Shown: positions 21,896 through 33,366 of the stretch, piece by piece
How positions within the stretch are numbered: the first letter of the stretch is position 1
How the letters are laid out: the number at the start of each line of letters is the position of its first letter
NCBI GenBank assembly: GCA_002633005.1
Contig: NMRA01000180.1
Coordinates: 216,405-280,404, forward strand
Direction of reading: 5' to 3'
DNA from: Phoronis australis
Lineage: Eukaryota > Animalia > Phoronida
DNA length: 64,000 bases
Notes under the pieces: generated by a model
The model's database searches: none
The model's input: only the letters and a program-made list of their open reading frames with translations
Told to the model about the DNA's origin: nothing
Position numbers and translations under genes: made by a program

Positions 21896-22224
21896 CTATT
21901 TTTCCCGTACTTGGAAGGTATTGAGGAGCAAACTCGCCATTACCCGAGTTAGTTTGAATCGTTAACGACTTTGATGACAGCCAGTAGCAGGCCAGATCTA
22001 ACAAAATCCCGGATACTTTTTCAACGGGTAGTTTCTCCCTTTTCACATCAGAAATTTAGCTACTCGAATGCACAAGTCAGTTAGAGAGCACTGATTCAAC
22101 TTTCACGTCAGCAACTTGCCTTGCGCTCTAGAGTCTTTCAATGGCGGTCATGAAGAATAGGGCCGTACCTGCATGAATGAAGTCAATTTTGAGATCCAAA
22201 ATTTGTGAGTATTTGACGCTGCAG
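21896..22224. promoter_or_regulatory. Candidate bidirectional promoter with non-coding first exons of PGS1 (-) and BFAR (+)
   Basis: Outward-facing strong donors TAG|gtcagt (-, 21896) and CAG|gtaaga (+, 22224); ATGGCG (YY1-like) on each strand (21940-, 22141+); CRE-like tcacgtca at 22103. Confidence 0.6.
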
Positions 22225-23324
22225 GTAAGAGCATAATCTAAACATTTTCTCAATGATCTAAAAAATCTGTTTTGGCGCGTAAAAATGGCGGGAAAATTTT
22301 GCGACCTGGCATTTACGAATGCGAGCTGGATTTTGAAAATGCGACCTGGGATTTTGGCTAGGTCGCAAAATGCGACCTGGCGATTTTAATAGCGTCGAGC
22401 CCTGTTACTTATTAGAGTGCACATGCTTTTTGAATTATGTCCAATCTCAAGCCAGACCACGAGAGGCTCCCCACTAAGCGTAGCTTCAATCGCTCTGCTG
22501 TGCCTGTGGTTAGAAGTACAAATAAAACACTAGCATAGTAGCATATGCTAGTGGAATCGACAAGAAATTAGAAATCCATACAGCAGTTGAATAAGAAATA
22601 CTATTACAAACAGAATACAGTTAAAATATGTTTAAGGATCCAACACTGCATAAGGTTCTAGGTTACACACATGTATCACACTGATAGACAGTGGCAACTC
22701 GACGGGCCCTAGAGACTGTGAAACGACTCTAGGGGATATGACGTCATATCTTCCATTGCGCGCAGAGTAAAAATTGTTGTCGATTTGGGCAACCGAACGA
22801 AGGACTGTTCAAAAATGTTTGATTACGGGAGCATTTTTTTGAGTTGTAGGCAAAGCTGTATGCTGACGTGAAATGACAATAATTCGACCACCAAAACTGC
22901 AGCCTATTTAGTGTTTGGATTCCTTACTCTAGCAGATTTAAGCTGTTTTTGTGTATTTCATATTCTCCAGTCAGGCCTCCTGCTTTCATTGTAGACATTC
23001 TAGTACATGTACCTTACCAGTAGGGGTTAACACCCAAATTAATGTACAAAGAATTAGGATGGGTATGTAAAATTTCTTATAACTTGGGATGAGTGTTTTA
23101 AAAAGTGACATTATTTCCTACAAGCTGGATTTGAGCCCACAAACTCAGGGGTTGCAGTATGATGCTGTGCTAGAAAAGCTTAAAGCCAATGTGGCAAGTA
23201 TCTGAGTATTTTAATTGTATTTAACCGACTGGGAAAGCACCCTCAATTTCAGTTAATTGTTTTAAATGACTTGAAGCTTATGTCTGGAATTAGTGGTGCT
23301 AATCACAAAGACTGGTTTATCTGT

Positions 23325-23810
23325 ATTAGTATTAGTATAAGTATTTATTTATTATAGTGACAAGTACAATTAAATCAAACAGTTATAGGTATAACATTTG
23401 TAAGAACGATAAGTACCCAGCCCAGTTGGGCTTATTAGTCACTTTAACCACACAACTCAGATGTAGGCCTACCATAAAAGCATCGGTTTCTAAGTTCAAA
23501 CGCAGACTTGATATATTTGGCAAATTGCCCTAGAGAAATACTGAAATAGCAGTTTTAACATATCTAATCTACTGAAATCTACAAAGTTTGGGATTTGAAG
23601 TGAAACATTATTAAACAGAATAGAACGCCAGGAGTGATAAAGAGAGCAATCAAACGCAAAATGTAGCTCATCTTCCACAGAACCAGAATCACAACACAAG
23701 CAAAGTCTTTCACTTACAGGAGTGTTTACATAACGACCAGTTTCCAAGTGCAATGGGAGATTTCCTGCTCTAAGCTGAGCCAGAAGAGACCGCTTGGAAC
23801 GAGATATTCT
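23325..23810 (-). mobile_element. Non-LTR retrotransposon (LINE) 3' end in the first BFAR intron
   Basis: LAQLRAGNLPLHLETGRY..ERLCLCCDSGSVEDELHFAFDCSLY..R is the C-terminal CCHC motif of LINE ORF2; followed by aataaa and a short tandem tail. Confidence 0.88.
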
Positions 23811-23986
23811 AGCTCAGGTCAAAGCCAATAATTTAAGCAACTGTATAAATCCAACCCAACAGTAATCACGATGTAGTATTTTTGACCAAATGTGGACATT
23901 AACAGATTTTTTATTATCTAATACTAGAATTCTGTACGTGTAAACTGGGGGTTATTGTCTCTTTTCAGTCTCTATTAGAAGCCACA

Positions 23987-24255
23987 ATGGTGGTCGTCGC
24001 AGAACCTGATGGGCCAGCTGGGGTGCGTGCATCATCAGGAGGGGACCACTCATTGTCAACGAGAAAACCCATCAGCGAGGACCAGTTTACCTGTCCATGC
24101 TGCTTTCAGCTCATGATGGAGCCGACGACATTGAACTGCGGCCACAGTTTCTGTCGTTATTGTCTTGCAAAGTGGACAGAAACTAGCAAGAAACAGACAT
24201 GTCCAGAGTGCCGCCAAAACTGGGTCGGTCAACCAAGTGTTAACATCACTCTCAG
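23987..24255 (+). CDS. BFAR: Bifunctional apoptosis regulator, coding exon 1 (RING-HC finger)
   Basis: Acceptor at 23968, ATG at 23987, FTCPCCFQLMMEPTTLNCGHSFCRYCLAKW..CPECRQNW..P.VNITLR, donor AG|gtatac. Confidence 0.95.
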
Positions 24256-24636
24256 GTATACTGGTTTAAGAACTCGTGTTCATTAAGATTTGTTTCTGAA
24301 GTTCCTGATTCCCTTCCCAAGGACTTTTACTGAACATTGTGTTGTAAATAGTCTGTCTCACTTTTAGAAATGAACCTTCAGCTTAATCTCATCAGTCAAT
24401 AATGTGTAATGTCTGTACTTTTGTTTATGTGAAGTTGAGACTGCATGCTGTCTAGGCACTTGGAAGTAGTTTGTTTTGATCATTCTGCCAATCCTGACTG
24501 ACCTCAATCACATCATATACAAGCTTTCTCTCAAAGTGTTGGTGTTATAGATGCACCCACTCATGGTCACATGCTTAAATCTGGATGTGGTCATATGGTG
24601 ACTTAGTCCAGAAAAAGAAACATTCATTGCAAGCTC

Positions 24637-24880
24637 ATGCACGCACCCAGCCTTCAATATGGGGGGCTCGAATTCTTTCCGTTGTTGACCTTTTGGTAAC
24701 AAAAACTCTGGCGCAGACTAATAAAAAACGGGGCACCACTGTGAATTGCGCGTTTGTGTTTGTTTAGGGGTCTTTTGTCTCATTTTCTCACACTTTTGTT
24801 TCTCAGAGGCGGACGTTTTTGCCCACCTCGCCAAATGGGGGCTCGTTCGAGCCCCCCGAGCCCCCCTGGGTGCGCGCATG
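24637..24880 (+). mobile_element. ~245-bp MITE with CATGCGCGCACCCAG TIRs
   Basis: catgcacgcacccag ... ctgggtgcgcgcatg; related copies at 1667 and 37445. Confidence 0.8.
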
Positions 24881-25191
24881 AACCTTGAAGCTGTCAAAAT
24901 GTAAATCAAATTTGTGATGGAAAATGCAGGAGTCATTGAAATTCATTCTTTCAATGAGGGATGGGCTTACATATTTATTTTTATCATTAGGAGTGTAGGT
25001 CATTTAGGTCACCATCTTCCCATCCTCTTCCCGTGTATTTGTTATGGACTGTGATTGTTTATCATTACAGGTCGACATGTTTATGAAAACATGTTAGATT
25101 CTCAAGTATTTAAGATCTGATGTAGGAAATTAGCTTAAAATCAGATTGTGATTGCCGATACTTTTCTTAAAAAATTTGACTTTTGTTACAG

Positions 25192-25366
25192 GGAAACAAT
25201 TTGTGCTCTTTTTCCACAGTCGTACAGGGAACGACTTTCAGAGTTGCCACCAGATTATGAGGAGAAGTTATCTGAGTTTGGCTCTAGGCCAACGTCCAGC
25301 GTGGAAAACTTGATTCCAGGATATGCTTTCATATGCGGAATATTGTGCGCATTAGTACTGGTTTTG
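25192..25366 (+). CDS. BFAR: BFAR coding exon 2 (ends in a transmembrane segment)
   Basis: ttacag| to |gtaagt, phase 2-0; RETICALFPQSYRER..GYAFICGILCALVLVL. Confidence 0.9.
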
Positions 25367-25670
25367 GTAAGTTCGGTTTATTAGCAGTGATTCTTACATG
25401 GACGAAAGTGGTATCTTAAATCAACATTTTCCATATCCACAAGCTTGCCTGCATATTGCCGCAAGTCTTGTTTGATAACATGACAAGAATTTACTAATTG
25501 TTGTGTTTTTATTATTTACAAACTCAGCCACTTTTTCACTACATCTTATAAATAAAGAAATGTCAATACACTTGTTGTCAGTGCTGCTGTCCTTGCTAGT
25601 GACTGCAGTGTGGTTGGAATACTATTAAGCATTAGATAGTGCAGATGCCAATTTTTGGTTTCTGTTAAAG

Positions 25671-25827
25671 GTTCCATGGCTGTATACCTGGTTGGGAGCC
25701 ACAGACTACTCACTACTGGTTCATAAACCAGCTTTGCAGTGGTCTCCAAAGGACGTACATGATTGGATGATGGACTTGGGATCATGGGCTGAAGGTTATG
25801 CAGAAAGGTTCTTAGAAAAGGAAATAA
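25671..25827 (+). CDS. BFAR: BFAR coding exon 3 (start of the SAM domain)
   Basis: ttaaag| to |gtaagg, phase 0-1; LLVHKPALQWSPKDVHDWMMDLGSWAEGYAERFLEKEI. Confidence 0.93.
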
Positions 25828-26750
25828 GTAAGGTTATGATCATGTAGTCCTGGTGTATTTTCTTATGAACACCACAGTTCTTACCAATATCATGTCTAAA
25901 ATTTGTTGGTCTGTTTTTTTCACACCCTTTGCCTAATTACATTGGCATGATGTTCCAGTCGTTCATCTCCAGGTGCTACAGTAATACCTCAGTGGTCTGG
26001 TGGTGAGAGGGTTGGATCGACAAATGAAAGGTCTCAGGTTCAACCTGCTGTGTATCAAGAAAAATGTTATCCAAGTGCCTCCCTGATTTTACCAGATACC
26101 CATGCAGGCTCTTTTAAAAACACTGTAACCCCTGAAGATGGCTGAAGAAATGACGGAACAAAATGCTATGCCAATGTAAATAGGCTAGAGGTTGGTGAAA
26201 ATAGACCAAGAGATTTTAGACTTGATGTCAATATTTCAACACCTCAAAGCAGCTTTAGGAAATCGAGATATGCCAAGTTTAATTCACTGGTAACCTCATC
26301 GTTCATGAATTTTCGTTAAACAAGAAACGTTGTGAAATGAATATTTTGTGAGATGGGGCAGTGAATGAACATCTGTCGGAATTCAAGGGTTGGCAGATGT
26401 CCAGTGAAGTGACTTATTCATCAGCTCTCCCCCCAGTCATCTCCTTGGTGTCTGGGTGTCGCCCGTAGGCCACTTTTAACTGATTTCATTGTACAGTAAT
26501 TGTTGTGATAATGGTTGCTTTAACGTGTGAGTCCAAGTAAACTGGTGGCAGGTAGTGATGGTGCATTTAAAATTTGGTGTTTATGAACACTTTTAACTTT
26601 ATTCAGTAAACTATGTAGAAAATATGACTGTACAATAAAGGACTTGAACAATCAGCAAACATAACTGAATTTCTGGCAATATGTTTAAGAATTCAGGGTT
26701 TGTGAGTAAAGTTTGGCTCGTGGCTCTACATACATGGTCGTTCATTGCAG

Positions 26751-26896
26751 GTGGACATTTACTGCTTGCAATTAGTGATGAATACTTAACTGAAAAGTTC
26801 AACATGTCTGATCTCCACAAAAAGGCTCTTCTGATATCCATTGAGAACGTGAGAGAGCTTGGTGTAAAGCCACCCACTAATCTGTGGGAGTATAAG
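26751..26896 (+). CDS. BFAR: BFAR coding exon 4 (end of the SAM domain)
   Basis: ttgcag| to |gtcagt, phase 1-0; GHLLLAISDE..HKKALL..VRELGVKPPTNLWEYK. Confidence 0.95.
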
Positions 26897-27992
26897 GTCA
26901 GTGGTGAACATTTACACTTTTACTTTTATATTGTCGTCAGTTTTAAACCTGTTTCAGTAAGGCATTTGATCCACCTATGGCACCAACACTGTGTAATAAA
27001 ACGGGTTTCTTATATGGTTATGAGTCTTTGGGAGATTCATGTGCCAGTGAGCACTTTTAAATGCCATCTATGAGATCCACCACAGATTGAAAGCAGACAA
27101 CTAAGTGTTTCAAACATTATACCTCACTTCTGAACTTGATGTGGTTTTTCTAACAGGTCAAAATTAAGCAAGACTCGCCAGTGGAAACACATTTTCCAAA
27201 TTAATAGTTGTAGTGCCTCATGTGTAGAGTATATTTTGCATGTCATTCAACAACTAATTTAAGCACGTTACTCTGCACTTTAAATTGGAACTTGCAGGCT
27301 AATTCCTCGTTTCTGTGATTGTTTAGCCAAATTAGTTAGGAACACAACATATAGCGATGATGTGAATATGAATTAGGTTGAAAATTGACAAAGGTTTTTA
27401 AGAACAAATTTTACGGTCAAAATTATCTGCCGGAAATCATTGAGCCATGTCTGCTAAGTATGGTGACGTGGTGCTGGTGAATAACATTACTTGATACGGG
27501 ATATGTGAGCCCGCAAGGTATGTCATTAGTGCCAAGGTCACCTATTTGCAGAATTTTTTCTTATCACATTTGCAAAGTGCCAGTGAATACAACTGCATTT
27601 TGTTTAGTGTAAATTAGGTTAAAATAGCATTGTCGTTTAGTTCCAGCTATACATTAGCATAACTAGGAGCATGTAAATACATTTTTAATCTTGAGTGCAC
27701 ACAAAAATTTTCCCCAAGTATATTGTTCATCTAGCACGCTCACATTGGTTGCTCACTGTGCTGTCCTAGCATTCAATTAGGATCTAGAGAACCAAATGTT
27801 TCAGACTCTGGGCAAACTTACTCATAGCAATGAGCCCTGCTGGTAATTTTTTTGAGTTGGGCTATGGCTATAATACCAGTTAGAATGCAATGTGAGCTTT
27901 GAGAGGTTCTAAGTGCAGACAAGTCATCGTTGCTCAACAGGGAATGTCTGCTATTGACCTCATTTGAGTCAAGTCTATGCTATTCATTTCAG

Positions 27993-28154
27993 GAGCTCTA
28001 TCCACGGAATTTTATATTCTTCATGTCCACTGTTCAAGTGTTACCGCGGTCGCTGCTTCTCTACACCTTCATTTATAACTATGACGACACGTTCCTACCC
28101 TTTTTCTATGCTGTCTGTCCCATCCAAACTACTGAACTCAGCCAGCCATATTAC
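27993..28154 (+). CDS. BFAR: BFAR coding exon 5
   Basis: tttcag| to |gtaagg, phase 0-0; ELYPRNFIFF..PRSLLLYTFIYNYDDTFLPFFYAVCP. Confidence 0.92.
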
Positions 28155-28435
28155 GTAAGGAATTTCAATGACATTTTCCAAATAATGCATAGAAACTAGA
28201 TGGTTACAAAGTCAACAAAACAGACTTGACATTTTCGTGTAAATGTGTTTCAAGGGTGGTTTCTATCATTTTAAGTTAATATATTTAATGCCACAGGCTT
28301 ATATTCTAGATGTAAGCTGACTATACAGTACATGGTTCAACTACTTTTCTTTCCCTTTACAAAAAATTTGGCTGTGCACAGGAATGCCATCAAAAATGTT
28401 TTGGTCAAACATTGTATTTTGACTTTTCTTTTCAG

Positions 28436-28644
28436 CTTCCCCCTCCAACTACGAAGCAGTGGATTCACTTTCTGCCACCGACTTTCTATTTGCCATATTT
28501 AGTCATCGCCAAATTTGCCTGGTTGTGGTTCAGCATTCATTCCATCAGTGTCACTTTGGTTACTGTGATATGTTTGTCAGAGACATTTCAAGAAGCCAAC
28601 TCTGTTGTGCTTTTTTACAGATCTTTCACTAGAGGGCGGGCCAG
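28436..28644 (+). CDS. BFAR: BFAR coding exon 6
   Basis: tttcag| to |gtatgt, phase 0-2; PTTKQWIHFL..FYLPYLVIAKFAWLWFSIH. Confidence 0.92.
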
Positions 28645-29978
28645 GTATGTTTCTTTGTCCATGCGTACGTCTGTCTTATTTTGAAGAGGTGGGGTGCATT
28701 CACTAGTGCTAGTGTCTTGCATTTGAAATGCTCTCGCCAGCTTTTACTCCATGACAGGCAACGTCTGTGAAGCATACACTCGTGTGTCAGTGTTTGAAGC
28801 AGACATTCGTACGGACGTGCATTAAGCATCAAGCATCGTCTTACCTTTGAAGTCAATTCACCGCAATATACATTAGGCCTGATGTAAAGATCTGTTATCT
28901 GAAATTTTCTAGCATTAACAATGACAAAATTTACCTGTCAGGCTATCTATAAGTTGGAGTAAATGGCACCATTAGTTAAGCGTAGTAAGACCACACTGAA
29001 ACGCGTGATCACTCTGAATTAAGATTGCTTGAGCTGGTGAAAAATAATGAACCTCCAAAACTTCATCATAGCCTGCCCAAACTACGCCATCAGTGACTAG
29101 GATTATTTAACTTTTCCCTGGTTTGAACACTTCACAAGGTCTGTTAAAGCACTGTATATCCTCAAAACAGTGATATAGAGTTTCATGAAACCGAGCATTT
29201 ATGAGTAAAACTATACCAGCTTTGGAACAAAATGTCACCAATGGAAGCTGGTGGAATTTGCATAGTGGATGCCATGAATTCGTGTCTGTTTTTGATGGTT
29301 AAGTAAAACTGATAAATGTGATTTTCCTCCGTTACAACTCGTTAACCCCAAAACTTCCTAAAGATCTAGAAACGTTCGCGCTGCTTATTGAACCCTTTTT
29401 ATGTTACTCGGAGATCTCGTACAATAAAGCTTAAACCTAATCAACAGTCATTAAGTCAGTCTTTGGTATGCCATATAAAGTTGTGGTTTCAGTAAATAAT
29501 TGACCAATTTTTTAAATCAAACATCCAAATGTTTTATTTTTGAATACTAACGCAGCGAATGTTATTTTCTCAAAATTCTAGGTTTAAAGCTTTTGTAAAT
29601 TAGGCCTGGATTGTTTACCACTGTAAAACCATGCTTAATTTAAGAATACATCAGCCACATGACAAATATTTTGTCACCCAGGCGGCATACAGATGCCCTG
29701 AGAACAGCAAGGAATGAGCTACCGTCCAGTAAGGATGTTCATACTGTAGCGGTCTAGACCCAGTCCTGAGCCATTGTCGAGACATCAGGGTACCGCTCAT
29801 TCGATAACATATTTGTAAACTGAACTGTAGCTTGTGCCTGTGCAGACAACATTTGAAAGTATTACCATAAGGCTAAGAACAATAATGACTTGTTACCATG
29901 TGTTATTATCATAGACTAGATATAGCTTACAATTATCACTATATAACTCCCCATTTAGACCAGTATTCTTTGTTTTAG

Positions 29979-30198
29979 TGCGGCCTTAGGTGATGCCATG
30001 AAGACCTATGCAAGGAGTGTAATTGGACAGTCGGTGTTGTACTTTGTCTGGCCCATTACACCATGGATTCTTTGTGAAGTGTACTTCTATTTCTGTGTGT
30101 ACATCTTGCCATTGCAAACAGCGTGTGGGTGGCTACAAAAGCTGTACTCAAATTTACAGCAACAGCATCGCCAGCAGCAGCAGCAGCTGCAGCAGTGA
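29979..30198 (+). CDS. BFAR: BFAR terminal coding exon (transmembrane segments, Gln-rich tail)
   Basis: ttttag|T phase 2; LYFVWPITPWILCEVYFYFCVYILP..QQQHRQQQQQLQQ*. The spliced CDS totals 1338 nt (445 aa). Confidence 0.9.
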
Positions 30199-30309
30199 CA
30201 ACAGCAATAAGTTGAAATTTCAATGCCAGGTGGGCAGGTCATTACATTTCTGTTAGCAACAGTTGCCTTACTTTGAGCCATTGTCAACAGCAGGTGGTGT
30301 AGTAGTTCT

Positions 30310-30556
30310 GGGGCCCGTTCCAAGGAAACTGACTTGGTGAAGACAGATCTTAACTTTCAGCAAATTTTTAGATAAAACTTAAATTTGTATCAAGACCATT
30401 TCAAAAAAGAGATCTTAAGTTTAAATTAAATTTTTGACTTAAGTTTTGTCTTAATTTTGACTATCTTACCAGATGTGGAAGTTTCAAAGTTTGGAATTTG
30501 AGGCAAATCTTAAACTGAAGTTAAAAATGAACTTAAGTCAGTTTCTTGGAAAGGGC
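30310..30556 (+). mobile_element. PIF/Harbinger-like MITE (copy 2), just downstream of the BFAR stop
   Basis: ggggcccgttccaaggaaactgactt ... aagtcagtttcttggaaagggc; colinear with 9472-9720. Confidence 0.85.
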
Positions 30557-32863
30557 TAGTGGTCATTCCAGTATTATTCTAACACTTCTTAATGATAAAG
30601 GTTTTACAAACTGAAACCATGTACTTATCAGTTCAATGTTAACTCTTATCAACATACCACCAACAACTTGTGACTTATATCTTGCTCTCAGCAAACCAGC
30701 TACTAGAGTAGTGACATCTTTAGGACTCTCAGCCTGTCAAGTTCCCTGTCTGAACACAAGATGGCATGACAGGAAAACCTACTCGATTTTGTTACAGGGC
30801 ATGGCTAAGTAATGTACCAGCTTCAATTCCATTGTGCGAGATCACTATATCTAATAGATATGAGCATTAGGCAATTACTGGGGATTTCCGTAAGGCCCCT
30901 CACCAACGTAAATTCCCATGGGGCCTCTTTCAGAAAAAAATAACACAAAAATCACAAGGCTGTCTTTTGGGATTGCTTTGCCTAGCTGGAATTTGACAAA
31001 GGTACTGGAAATGTCTCAAAATGTCGTTATATTGTCAATTTTTATCATTAAAGGAACCATTATGTTCAATTTTAATGACTTGTTAACGGAAGCATTGCTT
31101 TACTTTTTATTTTAGTCTTGGTCAAAGTGTTGATTGACATGGCTGGTAGACCCAGTTCAAGTCAACCAAAGTTAAAATTTAGGTAGAAAAAACAAATCAC
31201 CTCATCAGATGCCACGAGTATTGAATTGAATTTTCTTATCTCAAGTAAAATCAATTAAGTCCACTGCTGAGTGAGAGTGCTGTGATAGCAATACAAGTTT
31301 CTGAAAGAGTCCCCCAGGGTTAGGTAAATGTTCTAGCATCTATTCTGAACACTAGGCATCAACATGGCTGACTGATCTGGAAGGTGTGGCAATGGCCAAT
31401 TGAGATTTTTAAAGCAGTCTCTAGTTTGGCAAATCAGCTTGTGATCTCTGTCTAGGTCTCGGCAAACCAAGCTAGTGTACATCTTGTGGCCTGTTTAGCT
31501 GTTTTCTGCGTTGACCTCCACAGCACTAAATTTGTCTTTCCGGACAAAATTCTGTGGTTGCTTGGTTCAAACTCCTGCCAGGAACATGAACAAGCTGTGC
31601 CCTTGTGTCACGGCCTTTACATAGATTTTCTGGTTTGGGTGAAGGACTGGGGAAAGCTTGATTGTTTACACGGTGTCGTGTGCTCAATAAATTATTATTT
31701 GTTTGTCTTGATGTCTTGTCAGTTCTGTACGAATTTATAAGTGTTGCTATGAATTTGTGCAATTTGATCTGTTTGTAATCTGAATAAGTTTCCGTTTTAG
31801 GCAGTGCCTCACTTTTCTGTGATTAGTATTGTATGGAGATAATTAAAGTTGGTCACCTGGTATGGCCACGCATTCTCTTCAACTTTTACTTCTTATATCA
31901 TGATTAAGCAACAGATACACTCGTTATAATGAACACCTATGTAATTTATTAAGACTATTTTTCGAAATTTTGCCCAATGGTAGCGATCCAGGTGGTAACA
32001 CACCATTACATTTTGCTGCTTAAATATTAAAATCTTTAGTTATCTTAACCATTTTCGGAAGCATTAGTTCAACTAACCAGCACGCAGGTATCACGCAGTG
32101 GCACGCGCATTAGCATTGGTTGATGTAACCTCAGCAGTCATTGGTTAGTTGTACAACACTGTGGAAAAATGGCGGACTTAGTGTTTTGATGCAAGTGACG
32201 TCACAGCAACTATTTCGTTTCTGCAGTGATGTTAATAGCCATGACGTGCTTGAAGCACATACATGTACAATAAACGCATATCTGGTCGATTTAAGTGGTG
32301 TGTTATTCATACTGTATGAATACAGGATAGTATCGTAAACACAAGTCATCGACAGTAGAAAGACGCACTCCGAAAAGGCGCAACCACAATTTTTAGAAAT
32401 CGCATTTCCCGAACAAAAATTTTAAGCACCGATTTGGCTGACAACAGACCAAATTTTACACTTCAGTCCATCACTCATGCCACTTTGTTTGCGTGAAGCG
32501 CTGCCCGTTAAGAATTCGACTAGCCAATCTGAATCGCCGATGTACAAATATTTCCCGAGGAAAATTGAGTGATACGTGCGTGCTCGCGGTACACAGGGAA
32601 CCAGTGAGTAGTCCAACTTGGTCTCGTGATTGCGGCTGCAGCCCTCTAAGTACTGTTATCCATAATGCCCTATTATTTTATATCAGATCGAAGTCAATAA
32701 CAGCGCACACCACTAGACGTTTGTCTGTCGTATCATAGGCTTTCGCGTGAATCCTGTACGAACCCTGTCAAGAGAACATAGACATTTTTCAAGTGCCCGT
32801 TGTTTAACGTACATCAACGGTGAAGATTGCGGCACATAACGGAAATCACACACAAGACCATAC

Positions 32864-33366
32864 CATTACGGCGTTTTCCTATTGCTCCCAACTTGTTCGA
32901 TTCTATATCCCAACAACAAATTCGGAAGATGACCCATGTAGCCAATATCTTACAGGACCGATTAACTCCATACTGACATGGTTGGAGGGCCAGCTCTCTT
33001 TTGTTCGATAAATTGCACTAATCTCCAATCTAGTCTGACTGCGCTGTGTAGTTAAAAATAAAAGTTAAGTTATAACACATTTAAACATAAAGCAATAGAA
33101 CTTCTGAAATCCTCGTCAAACGGTGATCACGTTTAGTTTTTGAATCGACAAAATCGCCCAATTACAACCGCAGTAACGACAATCTATTCTTTCCGAACGC
33201 ACCATTTTGCTCCGGGTTTGACTGTGCTAGTCACAGGTGGTCTGTAATATAGTAAGCCTGTTGTGATACCACACAAAAGACTGTGTTAGTGGCAGTTACC
33301 AAGGAAGCTAGATGTTATCACCCGCTCACGTCTGGTAAAGTCACTGAACGGGAAAACGCTGTCATG
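32864..33366 (+). repeat. ~500-bp diverged direct duplication, copy 1
   Basis: Aligns by eye along its length with 35716-36238 (e.g. ttgctcccaacttgttcgattctata, atggttggagggccagctctcttttgttcgataa, tctggtaaagtcactga). Confidence 0.9.

Noticed and set aside
18906-22404. caaggctcga / tcgagccctg as TIRs of one element capturing the PGS1-BFAR promoter
   Set aside because: 19420-19456 already resembles the right end seen at 22340-22404, so two separate decayed MITE copies are the simpler reading.
25985-26160. Second tRNA-head plus hammerhead unit (ctgaagatggc..gacggaac)
   Set aside because: The B box, stem II and GAAA are all degenerate; it would need a family consensus to support.
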